Shown here: piece after piece, positions 1 through 11,339 of the stretch
Layout of the letters: each line of letters opens with the position of its first letter
How positions within the stretch are numbered: the first letter of the stretch is position 1
Origin: Blepharisma stoltei ATCC 30299
Taxonomy: Eukaryota; Protista; Ciliophora
Assembly (NCBI GenBank): GCA_965603825.1
Contig: CBFDEM010000041.1
Location: 186,001-250,000, forward strand
Length of the DNA: 64,000 nucleotides
Reading direction: 5' to 3'
The notes under the pieces: generated by a model
Databases searched by the model: none
What the model was told of the DNA's origin: nothing
Seen by the model: the letters and a program-made list of their open reading frames with translations, nothing else
Position numbers and translations under genes: made by a program

Positions 1-47
1 GCAATTGGTCTTAATTAAGTCTTAAAGATCAAATTTATTTAATATAA

Positions 48-1478
48 ATGGAGCAAGAGATTGCGAAAAATCCTCTAAATCTTGCAAAATGGGCGTTGGC
101 GAGCGTGGACCAGAAGATTAAGACTTCGCCTTTTCAAGTCAACACGAGGTTTGCATTAGATCCAAGAATTTCGCATGAAAGACAGCTGGAGCTGAGAAAG
201 GCTTTTATTGAAATTGATGCTGATAAAAGTGGAGCGATCTCACTTGAAGAAATTTTGAATTTTTTGCGTGGTATTAATGATGAAGTAGACGAAAATTATG
301 TGAAAGCTATATTTGAGTCAATGGATGTAAATAAGGATGGCGGGGTGAGTATTGATGAATTCATTAATGGATATCTTGAACAAGTTAATGGTCTTTCTGA
401 GGCCATTGCAAGATATAATCAAACAGTTGCAGCCAAAAATAAAGAGCTTGCAACATTAAAAGAACAGTTAGAAGAAGCGAAAAAAGTAGAAAAGATGAAT
501 ACCTATGGGATTATGGAAGGAAGCACACTTACAGTCAGAGTAATTGAGGCTCAGAACTTGAACATAGTCACAGGCAGACCTACAGCTTACGTAAATCTTA
601 TATGTGAACGTCAGCAAATCGCTACAAAGCCTATACCCTCTGATAAAAACCCTAACTGGGATGAAACTTTCAGTTTCAAAATAACCATGGGAACAGGAGA
701 GCTTCTAGTCCAAGTCTTTAACAAAGGAACGGTCTCAAAAGACGACCTCTTAGGAACCTGCTCCATCCCTTTACAAGATTTCAGAGACCAATCAAAGCAT
801 GAAGGCTGGTATCAACTAACTGGGCGAGTTACCAATGCCAGAATTATGCTCGCAATCCAATGAATACATAGACAAACTGAATATCTCGAAGGTATTATTT
901 CAGGAATGGAAAACGATGTCGTCCAGGACGTCGCTGAAAAAGACAGAATAGAGGCTGAGCTAAGAAAACTTGGAACAAATCCTCTAGGAATGTTTCACAA
1001 AGAAAGCTGGGTCGATAGGCTAGAAAGCAAAGTGGTGCATGAGGTGCATGAGTTTACAGACAAACATTTTAAGGTAAAAAATATATAGTCAGTGGGAAAT
1101 TGGAACACAATTTTAACTATAGGGATCTTTATGGTCGCGATATTGGGAATTGGGACGTCTTTTGATAAGCCTGATTTTGGAAACGTTACATGGGCTTGCT
1201 GGGGATTTATGGGGATGATAAAAGGATGGGACACAAAAAGGTATAGATTAGGGATGATTACGCTTGCTGCAATGATTTTATTTGATTTATTATGGATTGC
1301 GTGTGACTCGGAATTTCTTGTTTTTGAAGTGCATAGTGATCCTGCAATAAATGCGAAGCGGTTTTCTTTTGTGATGGGTTTCTTTGATTTTGTGCTGAAA
1401 GTTTTGCTGTTTCCTGTAATTGTGAGGTGCTATATGAAATCAAAGGAAGATGACTCTCAGGCGATATTTAATACCTAA
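48..1478 (+). CDS. EF-hand + C2 domain membrane protein (exons 48-1073, 1089-1478)
   Basis: Two EF-hand loops (DADKSGAIS, DVNKDGGVS), a C2 domain (LTVRVIEAQNL..NPNWDETF..DDLLG) and C-terminal hydrophobic helices. TGA 861-863 read as Trp joins the ORFs in frame; 15-nt intron 1074-1088. Confidence 0.85.
1074..1088 (+). other. 15-nt intron
   Basis: gtaaaaaatatatag; removal deletes an in-frame TAG. Confidence 0.85.
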
Positions 1479-1556
1479 AATTAGTAATTTAATTTAATCT
1501 AATCGAAAAGAATTAGCATGAGTTAGCATGAGTTAGATTAAATTGTGTTTTTGAAG

Positions 1557-2231
1557 CTATTTTTTGAAGAAAAGCTGCTTCAGCTTGAGGAAGGATAGCC
1601 ATTTTTCCTTTTTCTGGATTTTAGATATTTTTTCATTTAAATCTTCAAGTTTTTTCTGGGAAAAAATAGCTAGATCTGCATCTGAAAGCAGTCTTTTTTC
1701 AGCATAACTCATTTCTAATAGCCAGAAGTTGATATTTTTTTCAAAAATTCTTCCTCTTGCAAATAAAATTGCCTCCACTATATTATTATCTTTATCTCTG
1801 CCTATAATTTCAATTTTTGCCTTTCTTATCATCAGATTTTCAATTCTTTTTATTCCTTCAGAATTAATTGAACCAATCCCAGCCATTCTAAATTTAATGA
1901 AATCGTCAGCTTCTAAATTTTTATTTTTTTTGGAAAATCTATTTCATATTTTCAATGTAGGGGTATGATAAAAAAGAAATTCTTGAGCACTGCCTGAATC
2001 AATGATATGATTTTGTAATATTCCTTTTAGTCTTGGATTTTTAAGCTGAAAAAATCTTTGAGGAATTTGACTTGCATTTTTATAGGTAAAAATCATGTGT
2101 GGACGATATATAAGAAATAGTGATGAAAGCCCTCCTAATAATAAGCCCATGCTTAGCGATCTTATCTGTGAAAGGTATTGCTCACTTATATCCCTAAACT
2201 TGTCCATAAATTGCCCGATGGCTTCTTTCAT
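1557..2231 (-). CDS. C3orf33-like / staphylococcal-nuclease-fold protein with N-terminal TM helix
   Basis: ORFs 1944-2231 and 1557-1886 join in frame through TGA=Trp at 1944-1946. The pattern TM, ..IP.RFF....LKG, FYHTP, FRMAGI resembles C3orf33 (recalled). Confidence 0.55.
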
Positions 2232-2362
2232 TATGATTTATTTATTAATGTAATAATTCTAGTAAAATTCTATGAAATTCATTATAAAAATGTTAAATTA
2301 ACATAATTTATTTAATTATTAATTCTAAAATTACTATAAAATCACGTTATAAATACTAAAAT

Positions 2363-4300
2363 TTAAAATTTCTTCGGCAATAACTTTTCATGCCTCTGAC
2401 CAACTTTCGGTTTTGGCACTCTATCCAAAACTTCTTTAACGACAAGCAAGCCATCTTCAAGCTCTGTCCTAATAAGTTCTTTTGTAAACTCCGCTATGTA
2501 TTCATCAAGATCCTTCTTATTTTCATTCGCTCTTTGATGCGGAGAAGCACTTTCTTCTCCTCTGGCATCTTCTTCTATAACCAATGGTTCAGAAAACTGG
2601 AATTTTTTGATAGGTTTTGCCGATCCAATAGGTCCAACAACGACTTGATTCATGGGAGATATCAATGGTGAAATAAACCCTTGGCTATCATCATCACTTT
2701 CACCTAAATTATTAAAAGAAATTGCTACTAACTCTTCTGGATCCTTGCTTTCTTCAGGTTTTCCGAAGGTCGCTAGTCCACTATACTCTTTATTTTCTTC
2801 AGGCTTTACTTCAATTTGCTGCTCTTGTTTTTTTAATATACTTCCTTCTTTTTTGCTTAATTCAAGGCTAATTTCTTCAGATGATTCTTCTTCTATCTGA
2901 ATTAAATGGTGCTCTAAATCATCAATTTTATTGGATAATTTTGATGAAGCTTCGCCTTGCTCTTTTAGTTTGATATGGATAGAAATTAATTGATTGGAAA
3001 TTTCTTGATTTGGCTGGATTGTGCCTATTTGTTCTGCTAAATAAGATTTAGTGACGAAATTTGATAAATCTTGAGGTTGAAAATGAGATATTTCTTTTCT
3101 AAGCGCTTCTATTTCTTTATTCAGATCATGACTCTTAATTGTGTCTTCTAATTGTTTTAGATCTTTTTTGATAACATTTATTTGGTTAAACTCCTCTCTT
3201 GAAACGAAATTTGATAAATCTTGTAAGACAGGCTGTGCTGGTATGACATCAATACGCTTCTTAAGGCCTTCAATTTCCAGTTCAATATCTTGTGAATCAA
3301 TAGAATTTTCTAATAATTTTAATGCTTTTTTAATCCTTTCTATTTCATCAGATGCATAATTTTTTGCGTTTTCTATATTCTGCTTTAGCTCATTAACTAT
3401 ATTAAAATCAGGTTGGGAGCTTTGATTTTTTATTTGCGAGAGCTCTAAATTTATTGTGTTTTGCAATTTTCCTGAATTTTGCTTTGCTTCGTCAACTAAT
3501 TTTGAAAGTGAATCATATTTTTGGAGAGCAGCATTAGCCAATTCTTTCAATGACTTATAATGATCTTCATTTTGCTGCCTATATTGTTTGGCAATATCCT
3601 CTATATCATTACAAAATTTTCTTTCAATTTCTTTTATTTTCACATTTGTCTCATATTGAATTTCCTCCTTGATCGACCTTATTTCATATGGCGAGATTGA
3701 TTTTTTTAAGTTTTCTTTATTTTTTTCATCAGCAATGTTATTTACATAGTCTCTTATCCCTAAATTTTCCTGCATAATGTCCCTTATCTGCATTTCAATT
3801 TTGTTAATTTGATGCTGCCTTATATGCTGAAACGACTCTTCTACCAATTTCAAATCTTCTTTTGTGGCATAATTCTTTGTATTGTCATCGAATTTTCTAT
3901 TTTCTCCAATTGTTTTTCTTCCTATTGCTAAAAGTGTATTTTGAAGCTCTTCTTTAAGATCTTCAAATGCAATTTGTTTATCTTCTAAATCAGTGACTCT
4001 TAGGCTTAAATTGTACATTTCGCTTTGATGCTGCTTGTATTTTTCTGTGAATAGTTTTTCGATTGACTGTTTAAATCCTGAGAGCTCTTGCTGGATTAAG
4101 GATGCGTTATCAGTTGGTTCAAAAAAGCTTGAACGTTGCCGCTGATCCATTGAAAGATCAAGCTGAGTCATTGTAGAAGGAGGTCTAGCGTATTCATCAT
4201 GATGATAATTTGTGCGCTGAAGTTTAAGCAGATTTAGCTCAGTTTTTCGGAGAATTGATGATATTGATTCAGCCCAGTTCGTTGGGCGTTTGATTTCCAT
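2363..4300 (-). CDS. Coiled-coil protein, unknown function
   Basis: Long open frame rich in K/E/Q/L. Likely start MEIKRPTNW (ATG at 4300 after an A-rich leader). Internal duplicated QDLSNFV motif. Confidence 0.75.
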   Translation of the reverse strand: MEIKRPTNWAESISSILRKTELNLLKLQRTNYHHDEYARPPSTMTQLDLSMDQRQRSSFFEPTDNASLIQQELSGFKQSIEKLFTEKYKQHQSEMYNLSLRVTDLEDKQIAFEDLKEELQNTLLAIGRKTIGENRKFDDNTKNYATKEDLKLVEESFQHIRQHQINKIEMQIRDIMQENLGIRDYVNNIADEKNKENLKKSISPYEIRSIKEEIQYETNVKIKEIERKFCNDIEDIAKQYRQQNEDHYKSLKELANAALQKYDSLSKLVDEAKQNSGKLQNTINLELSQIKNQSSQPDFNIVNELKQNIENAKNYASDEIERIKKALKLLENSIDSQDIELEIEGLKKRIDVIPAQPVLQDLSNFVSREEFNQINVIKKDLKQLEDTIKSHDLNKEIEALRKEISHFQPQDLSNFVTKSYLAEQIGTIQPNQEISNQLISIHIKLKEQGEASSKLSNKIDDLEHHLIQIEEESSEEISLELSKKEGSILKKQEQQIEVKPEENKEYSGLATFGKPEESKDPEELVAISFNNLGESDDDSQGFISPLISPMNQVVVGPIGSAKPIKKFQFSEPLVIEEDARGEESASPHQRANENKKDLDEYIAEFTKELIRTELEDGLLVVKEVLDRVPKPKVGQRHEKLLPKKF

Positions 4301-4381
4301 ATTTTTAAGCGTTAAGAAATATAAAGTCAAATAATGTTTTATATTAGCATTAATTAACAGCATTAATCATCATTCTTATAC

Positions 4382-5518
4382 TTAAGGTATGCAGGTTTGA
4401 AGCAACTTCAATGCTCCTTGCAGCGTATTTAGCACATATTCCATTTCTTGGTTTCTAAAGAAAGAATGCAAAAATGTTTCAGCAATCCTTACTCTTGTGG
4501 GGAGATTTGGAGCACTAGCCTTGCAGATAACCAAAATACATATTTCAATAAACTTATCAGTCTCCAGCAGCACACTTTTATCTGGATTAAAATTGTCAAT
4601 TGCACTTTTAATGCTATTTGAATAGTGGCTAACCTCGTCTAACATATCTTTTAGGGATTTACTGCAAGAAATTCCTACTAAATTTTCAAAAGCTTCAAGA
4701 TAGCCTTCTCCATTGTTAAGTCTCAATGAGTTGTCTAAGCTTAAAGAATTCAACCTACTGTTATGAAGCCTTTGCAGATTTTCATAATAATCGTCTTCGT
4801 CAGCTTTATAAGCCTCTAAATAGATTTTGGTTAAAATTTCAAGGATTTCACTTGAAACGACAGCATGAGTTGCTATTAGTTCACGAGCTTCTATATCAAT
4901 ATGCTGGTCTAAGTTTAGATAAAATTTGTCAAGGGAGTCTGTGAGTATTGAGATAAAACTTTTGATATAATTAGTAATCAGCTCAGCGTTCTGAACAGCA
5001 TCTTGTTTTACGCTGTCTTTTAATTCATTAAATGCATTAGTTGGATCATAATTGGTAAACTCCATTTGTAGCGCCGTTCCAAATCTTCTAATCATATGAT
5101 ACAGAGCATTGCTTTCATCTTTCATCAGCTGTTCATAAACTAAGTTTTTATATGGGTTATCGTCCACCAGCATAGTAAAAGTTAAACATTCTCCAGTGTG
5201 ATCCCTCAGCTGTGTCCTTGTAACTTGTTTTTTCGGCTTCGGCTGAGTGCTTCTCATATAAAAAAGCCAAGCAATTGAGATTTTACTTCTGACATCTTGA
5301 TGAGCGTTCCATGTGTTGACGAATCTTAATAACTCATCCCTCCATATGTAAGGATTATATTGGGACAGTCTGTCACGGATATAAGGAATCCACTCACTTG
5401 ACATTTCAGAAAAGCCTTGGATTTGTGAAAAAAATTTGATTTGGTTTTGCTTTTTCATTTGAAAAAGGAAGTCTATATCTGAGTAACTACATGGTAGCTT
5501 CGATTGCTTTTGTCCCAT
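4382..5518 (-). CDS. N-myristoylated protein with C-terminal VPS9-like (Rab5 GEF) domain
   Basis: MGQKQS myristoylation-type start. C-terminal LETDKFIEICILVICKASAPNL...EMEYVLNTLQGAL fits the VPS9 D-x-x-x-x-L / EY..T pattern. Confidence 0.6.
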   Translation of the reverse strand: MGQKQSKLPCSYSDIDFLFQMKKQNQIKFFSQIQGFSEMSSEWIPYIRDRLSQYNPYIWRDELLRFVNTWNAHQDVRSKISIAWLFYMRSTQPKPKKQVTRTQLRDHTGECLTFTMLVDDNPYKNLVYEQLMKDESNALYHMIRRFGTALQMEFTNYDPTNAFNELKDSVKQDAVQNAELITNYIKSFISILTDSLDKFYLNLDQHIDIEARELIATHAVVSSEILEILTKIYLEAYKADEDDYYENLQRLHNSRLNSLSLDNSLRLNNGEGYLEAFENLVGISCSKSLKDMLDEVSHYSNSIKSAIDNFNPDKSVLLETDKFIEICILVICKASAPNLPTRVRIAETFLHSFFRNQEMEYVLNTLQGALKLLQTCIP

Positions 5519-5716
5519 ATTAATATAGAGAGTTTTTTATATAAAATGAAATAACTAGATTATAACAAATTTTTGATGCTGGATAAATTAATTTATGAAA
5601 TTTTTAGTATATAAATATAGAAATAAAGTAATTTCTTTATAATGATTCTTTTATATTGAATAATATTTCTCAAATTTACAGAGGAATAGCATTTTTCATT
5701 GTTTTATAATCTGTAA

Positions 5717-6905
5717 ATGGATGCACTTGTGTGCGATAATGGCACAGGATATCTAAAAGTGGGTTGGAGTAATACAAATTACCCAGACTATACAGTCCCT
5801 TGCATCATAGGTCGTCCTAATAAAAAATTCGAAAGTGAGTGCTCAAACAGCTCTGACTATGCGGTGAATCTTACATAGACTGAATACTATGGAGATCAAG
5901 CTTTGCCATTTCAGCATTCTCTTGACTTATCTCGACCATTAGAGCATGGTATAGTAAAAGACTGAGATGGAATGCTTAAGCTCTGGGATTACACATTCAC
6001 TGACAAAGTAACCAACCACTTAGATGCACATTGACTGCTCATCAACAAATTTACTCCTAACTGAAGCACCTTTGAATCCAAGCTCCAATCGACAAACAAT
6101 GGCAGAAATTGTCTTTGAGACCTTTGACTTTGCTGGGATGAAGGTCGAACTCCAAGCCACTCTTGCTTTATATGCCCAAGGACTCATGACAGGTCTAATT
6201 ATAGATTCCGGAGAAGGAGTAACTCATTGTATTCCAATATGCGAAGGCACTGTATTTAAATCACAAATAGAAAGAATTGATTTAGCTGGGCGTGATTTAA
6301 CTCAATATTTGTTAGAATTACTAACAAGGAAAGGCTATAACTTTAATACTTCATATGACTTTGAACAAGTGAGGGATATAAAAGAAGCAACTTGCTTTGT
6401 GTCTTGTAATTTAGAAGAAGATAGAGAACTGTGCAGGAATACCTGCGCATATGATATTGATTATAAGCTGCCTGATGGCGAATGGATTAGAATAGGGCAA
6501 GAAAGGTTTGAAGCTGTTGAAGCTTTGTTTAAACCGAATTTGATAGGAAGAGATGAAGAAGGGATTGCTGAACTGGTCTTTAGGTCTGTGATGAAGTCAC
6601 CAATTGATAATAGGAAAGCGCTGCTAGGATCAATGATACTTAGTGGGGGGACTTCCATGTTTCCGGGCATGGTAGATAGGCTGACTGGGGATATAAAAGC
6701 CTTGTATAAACAAATGAGGAAGCAGCAGAATTCTATTCATGGGGAAAAACCTACTAAAGTAAAAATTAAGATTGAAGACCCACCCTATAGGAAATTTTTA
6801 GTCTATATGGGAGGAACAGCTTTTGCCAGAATATTACAAGGAAAGCCAGAAGCTTGGGTAACAAAGGAGCAATGACAAGAAGAAGGAGATCGTTGCTTGT
6901 TTTAG
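5717..6905 (+). CDS. ARP2: Actin-related protein, ARP2-like (exons 5717-5863, 5879-6007, 6024-6905)
   Basis: VCDNGTGYLKVG, HGIVKD(TGA=W)DGM, LLTEAPLNP, LYAQGLMTG..DSGEGVTH, LSGGTSMFPG. Introns 5864-5878 and 6008-6023; TGA 6873 read as W; ends at TAG. Confidence 0.85.
5864..5878 (+). other. 15-nt intron
   Basis: gtgaatcttacatag in ARP2. Confidence 0.85.
6008..6023 (+). other. 16-nt intron
   Basis: gtaaccaaccacttag; restores the ARP2 frame. Confidence 0.88.
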
Positions 6906-6948
6906 TGCTATTTACGTTCGTAAACTTAAATAATTATTAAAATTCTCA

Positions 6949-9313
6949 ATGTCAAACTCCGAGTCTTCTGAAATTGAAGAAGAAATATCACAAAATGGGC
7001 TCGATTATTTATTTGATTCCCTAAAAGGGGCTCTAGAGCTTGATCGCCCTCTAAATTACCGCTCTGATGGCACAAAAACTGAAAAATGCATAGGGGAGTT
7101 CCTTTCTCATATTCCAGGTTCCAAAAAAGATATCGATTCTGCAATAAAAGCCCAATTTTACTACAAGAAATGAAATGAGTCTATAAAACGCCGATTTTCC
7201 AAAAAATCATTCGATGTTGAGCTGAAAAAGAAAAAATTCAGCGATATGGTAGATTCACTATTAGAAAAAGGAAGATTAAGCGCAAAAGCAAGATCAAGAA
7301 TTGTTAAATCGAAATATGAACAGATTTTGGACTCCGTTAAAGACTGAATGCTTGGCTCTATTTCTCAGCTAGAAAAAGAAAAAGCGAAGGTAAAACAAAT
7401 AATTTCAATGGACTCAAGAGAAGTTGAACGGAAAAAGGTATCATTAGAAGAAGAATATGTGTGGAAACGATTTACGATGATGGTAGAGTCTATAGCATTC
7501 AGAAATTCAAATGTAAAAGAAATCTCGGCATTCCCGAACTCAGAAATTAAAAAAGATATAGAAGAAAATTTGAAGATGCAAATTTTGCTCAAAAAAGGAA
7601 TAATTTTCCAATGTAATGATTTTTCTGCGAAAATAAAGAATGGCGTTTTGGCATGTATTGATTAAATAGATACAAATGAAAGGGAAGGAAATAGTCTTTT
7701 AGAGGCTTTAACGTCAATGCAGCAGCCCAAAGAAGAGTTTTCTGAAATTTCATATCCAAATGAACAAATAATATCAAGATGCTGTAAAAAACACGTTAGG
7801 CATTTCTTACCTTGGCTCAAGTGAATTTAAGCCTTTAAGCTTGCTAATCTACACGAGCACAGCTCAAAATTTCTCTGCAGAATTCAAAGAAATTGCTGAA
7901 GAAGGCATTATTGGATATGAAGAAGAAGTCAAGTCATCAATTACCTCCACAACTTCTATTTCAAACTTAAAATTCAGTGAAGAAATCGTGTCTTTTTCCT
8001 CAAAATCCACGAAATGGGTATTGAGCATCGCAAAGCTTTCAGACTTGAAATCAGACCACAATCTCTATGTTTTTGATATCCCGAAATACAATATGAATGA
8101 TCAGAATATATATTACGTCCGGCCTTTAAATCGTAAGATTTAAACAGAAAGAGAAATAATTGAACTGAAAAAAGCTTATTTAATTCCTCATTCTTGCTTA
8201 AGCTTGACCCTTGATATTTTCCCTGAAATGGATATCAAAAATTTCAAATATATTTATTCTTTGGTTAATTGGAATACTGGAAATGGGACGAAATATCTTT
8301 TTGTGCAGCTTGATAAAAAGGAGTCTCCGAATTCTCCGAATAAAGAAATAATTGAGCCAATTTGTAAGTATGAAGGATGTATAGCGCCTATAATTAAGTT
8401 TTCGAAAATTATGAATACTAGAAAAACTAATAGAGTTAGAGAGTCAAGCAGCAAAAAACAGCTAAATGAGAGATCAAGGAAATCTTTGCAGATCAGAAAA
8501 AAGAAATCTGAAGACCCTATTCCACAATTGCTGTTTTGTGAATTCCACCAAAAAATGAAAAACAGCTTGAAGCTTCAGCTGCCTTTTACTATAGACGCAG
8601 GCCCAGAGCTATGGAAAGCAATACAAGGAGGGATAAACTGAAGAGATAACCTGATACCTAATTCTAGACTATGGACATTTATAGATTGTGCTAAAGAAGA
8701 TATTGAAGACTATTTTACCCAAGTTGCAAACTCTTTATCAGTACCCTCATCATCTAATTCTTTATCCTCCCAACTGAGAGATAGCCCAGAAATGTTTTTC
8801 ACTTATAAGCAAAAATTAACAAAAGAAATTGAAGAGCTTAAAAAACGAAGAGATATAGAAGTAGCTATTACTGATGAAATAAGAAAATGCGTCATCGCTG
8901 ACTCTTCAAGTGGATTGGCTTTTGGAAGCAATTCAGCGCAGTTTTATGCAGACTTAAAAGATGCCCAGAATCTTGAGCCTTCTCTTAAACTTACAAAAAT
9001 TAAAACAATCCGAGAAAAATACGAAAACTTGCTAGCAAACTCGAAATTTGAAACAAGGCCAAATTCACAAAGATCGTCAAGGCCATTCAGTGCGTTTCTA
9101 AAAGGGAATGAAAGAAGAAATACAGCTTGTGAGCCTATAATGGATATGAAAGAAATCAATCAAAAAATGATGAGCTCTCCTTATTATGCCTCTCAAATCC
9201 GCCTAGGAAATATCGCAAAACGAGTAAGGCTCCCAAAGCCTGCAAATACAGTGAATAAAGCCAAAAGTATGACAGCATTAGAAAGATCAAAGCTTGATTT
9301 AAAGTTTTTGTAA
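6949..9313 (+). CDS. Hypothetical protein of about 770 aa (3 micro-introns)
   Basis: Five ORF fragments fuse into one frame using TGA=Trp (7171, 7345, 8639) and introns 7655-7669, 7784-7799 and 8133-8147. Confidence 0.75.
7655..7669 (+). other. 15-nt intron
   Basis: gtattgattaaatag; removes an in-frame TAA. Confidence 0.78.
7784..7799 (+). other. 16-nt intron
   Basis: gtaaaaaacacgttag; accounts for the frame shift. Confidence 0.75.
8133..8147 (+). other. 15-nt intron
   Basis: gtaagatttaaacag; removes an in-frame TAA. Confidence 0.78.
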
Positions 9314-9339
9314 TCCCTATATTTCGTTAAATAATAAGT

Positions 9340-10035
9340 TTACTTGCATCTCGGGAATGAGAATCCACCACATGCCAAAACAATCACGAAGAATAAAATG
9401 ATCTGAATATTTCTTACAATAACAATTACGCTGACCAATACAGTGAGTTTAGCGTTTTTCCATCACATGTGTCTTTTCACTTTGACAGCCTATGTAATCC
9501 TCACTTGTTTTCTCATTGTAACTGCACTTTCACTCATATATGCAGTTTTGCTAACAAGCAATTCAATTTTTTCCCCTCTCGCGAGCACCTTGTCAATATT
9601 CTCAATCATAATATCTTTGGTCTTTTCTATATTTCCCCTAGCAGTTTTCAGTTTATCTGCAGATGGGTCGCTGTTGAAATAGTTAATTCTTTGCTTCATA
9701 ATTTCTGAAAACTCTTTATTCGCGCTGAACCCTATGGCATTACGAGCTTTGTCACCGAATTTCTCATAAAATCGGTCCTTTACATCGAAAAGGAATAAAT
9801 AGGCAGTTCTGTTAGAAAACCCTGCATCAGCCATGCAGAGAAAAGTGAAGCCATTCTCGTTGTGATAGTGGAACATATATTTGTTCTCATATGCGTATGA
9901 AGCTGAAGAATTGCGCTTTACTTTAGCTAGAAGTTTTAAGGCAAGAAGTTGGAAGTTTCCCTCTGCCACGGCAACTTCTGCTAGAGGAGTTGTGGAATCA
10001 TCTGATGCCACAAGGGTGTATATAATTGATGCCAT
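9340..10035 (-). CDS. VAMP7: VAMP7-type longin R-SNARE
   Basis: Longin domain, IMIENIDKVLARGEKIELLV SNARE motif, M(TGA)WKN juxtamembrane WW motif, TM helix ending ACGGFSFPRCK. Introns 9490-9504 and probably 9403-9417. Confidence 0.9.
9403..9417 (-). other. 15-nt intron (stop-free, inside VAMP7 TM coding region)
   Basis: gtaagaaatattcag; removal deletes VRNIQ from the hydrophobic helix. Confidence 0.7.
9490..9504 (-). other. 15-nt intron
   Basis: gtgaggattacatag in VAMP7. Confidence 0.88.
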
Positions 10036-10362
10036 ATTTATTAGACAAATTTAATTTAGGAGACTTTTAATTCTACAGTGGAGCAAAGACGGTTAAGTCA
10101 GATTATTTTAATGCTGAAAAATTGAGGAAAAATTTTGAATAATTGGGGGTTAATTTTGAATTAAAAATTTTAACGTAATGGGATATTTAAAGTTGATTAT
10201 TATAATTTAAATTATTTATGAGATTTTAGCTTTAAATAATTGCATTTTAATAAATAAAAATGCATATTTTAATTAAAATAAGTTATGGTAATTTTAATGA
10301 CCAATTTACTTTTATTAAAGATATGCTTAGTGAAAAAATAATGGCTCATTATCATTACTGAA

Positions 10363-10785
10363 TTACTTAACTCTGGCTGATAAGGGAGATAACTTCCTTG
10401 GATAAGTTTCGCTGATTGGATCTGTCTCTAGCTGAAGATCCAACTCAGAAATATCACCAAAATTAGGCTCGTCGATTAAACTGGAAAATTGTCTAGGGTA
10501 AGGCATTGTTCTTAAAAATTTTGTCGAAAAAGTTGGTATACTTCTCGCTTGTGGCTCACTTGCAATTAACCTTGACTTGCACTGAGCAATGAATGATACT
10601 CTTTCAAAGCGCACACTTAGAGAATCGTTGAAATTGTCCTCAGAAGTATTAAGATTTTTATTTGAAAGGCTATTTCTGGCAGATGAAAGTGTTGCTGGGA
10701 CGGTTTTTGATTTAGCTTGCCTTCTCCTTTGGAAGCCAGAGTTATCACTAGTAGAGGTGTTCTGATTCTCTGAGTGATGAAGCAT
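10363..10785 (-). CDS. Hypothetical S/R-rich protein
   Basis: 140-aa ATG..TAA frame with coding-like GC content between AT-rich spacers. Confidence 0.6.
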   Translation of the reverse strand: MLHHSENQNTSTSDNSGFQRRRQAKSKTVPATLSSARNSLSNKNLNTSEDNFNDSLSVRFERVSFIAQCKSRLIASEPQARSIPTFSTKFLRTMPYPRQFSSLIDEPNFGDISELDLQLETDPISETYPRKLSPLSARVK

Positions 10786-11339
10786 GATCAGTTAAATTAT
10801 TGGATATATTAATTGAGCAAATAAATAATCAATGGAGGAAGTAGATGCTCTATAAAATGGCCCAATTTGTATCGAAAGAGTTTGCTCTCAATATAATCAT
10901 ATAAAATTGAATCTAGTGTTTTATAATAAAAGATGGATTAGCTTTTATTTATTGACGCTTCAATCTCAAATACTTCAATAGTTTTGAATTTTATAAATAA
11001 TTTTTCAATTTTTTATTTTCAAAATAAAGGCTATGCAAGCTCTGTAAAAGTTTTGGACCTCTAAAAATTATTCTTATATCTTCCAACAATTGGTTTTAGG
11101 CAAAATTTATCAGAGAGTATATATAGTAAGCCAAATAAACCTTTTTGCTTTACCTATCTTCAAAATCGGCTAGATTCTATTACAAAGAAAATATATGAAA
11201 TTTATTCTATTCCTTTCGATTTGAACATAATTTATATTCTTTGAAAACATTAATTTACACCTATCACACGTTTACGTCATTTCCCCATTTATTTAAACTC
11301 ATTTCGTTAGTAAATTCATATCTTAATTTAAATTTAAAA

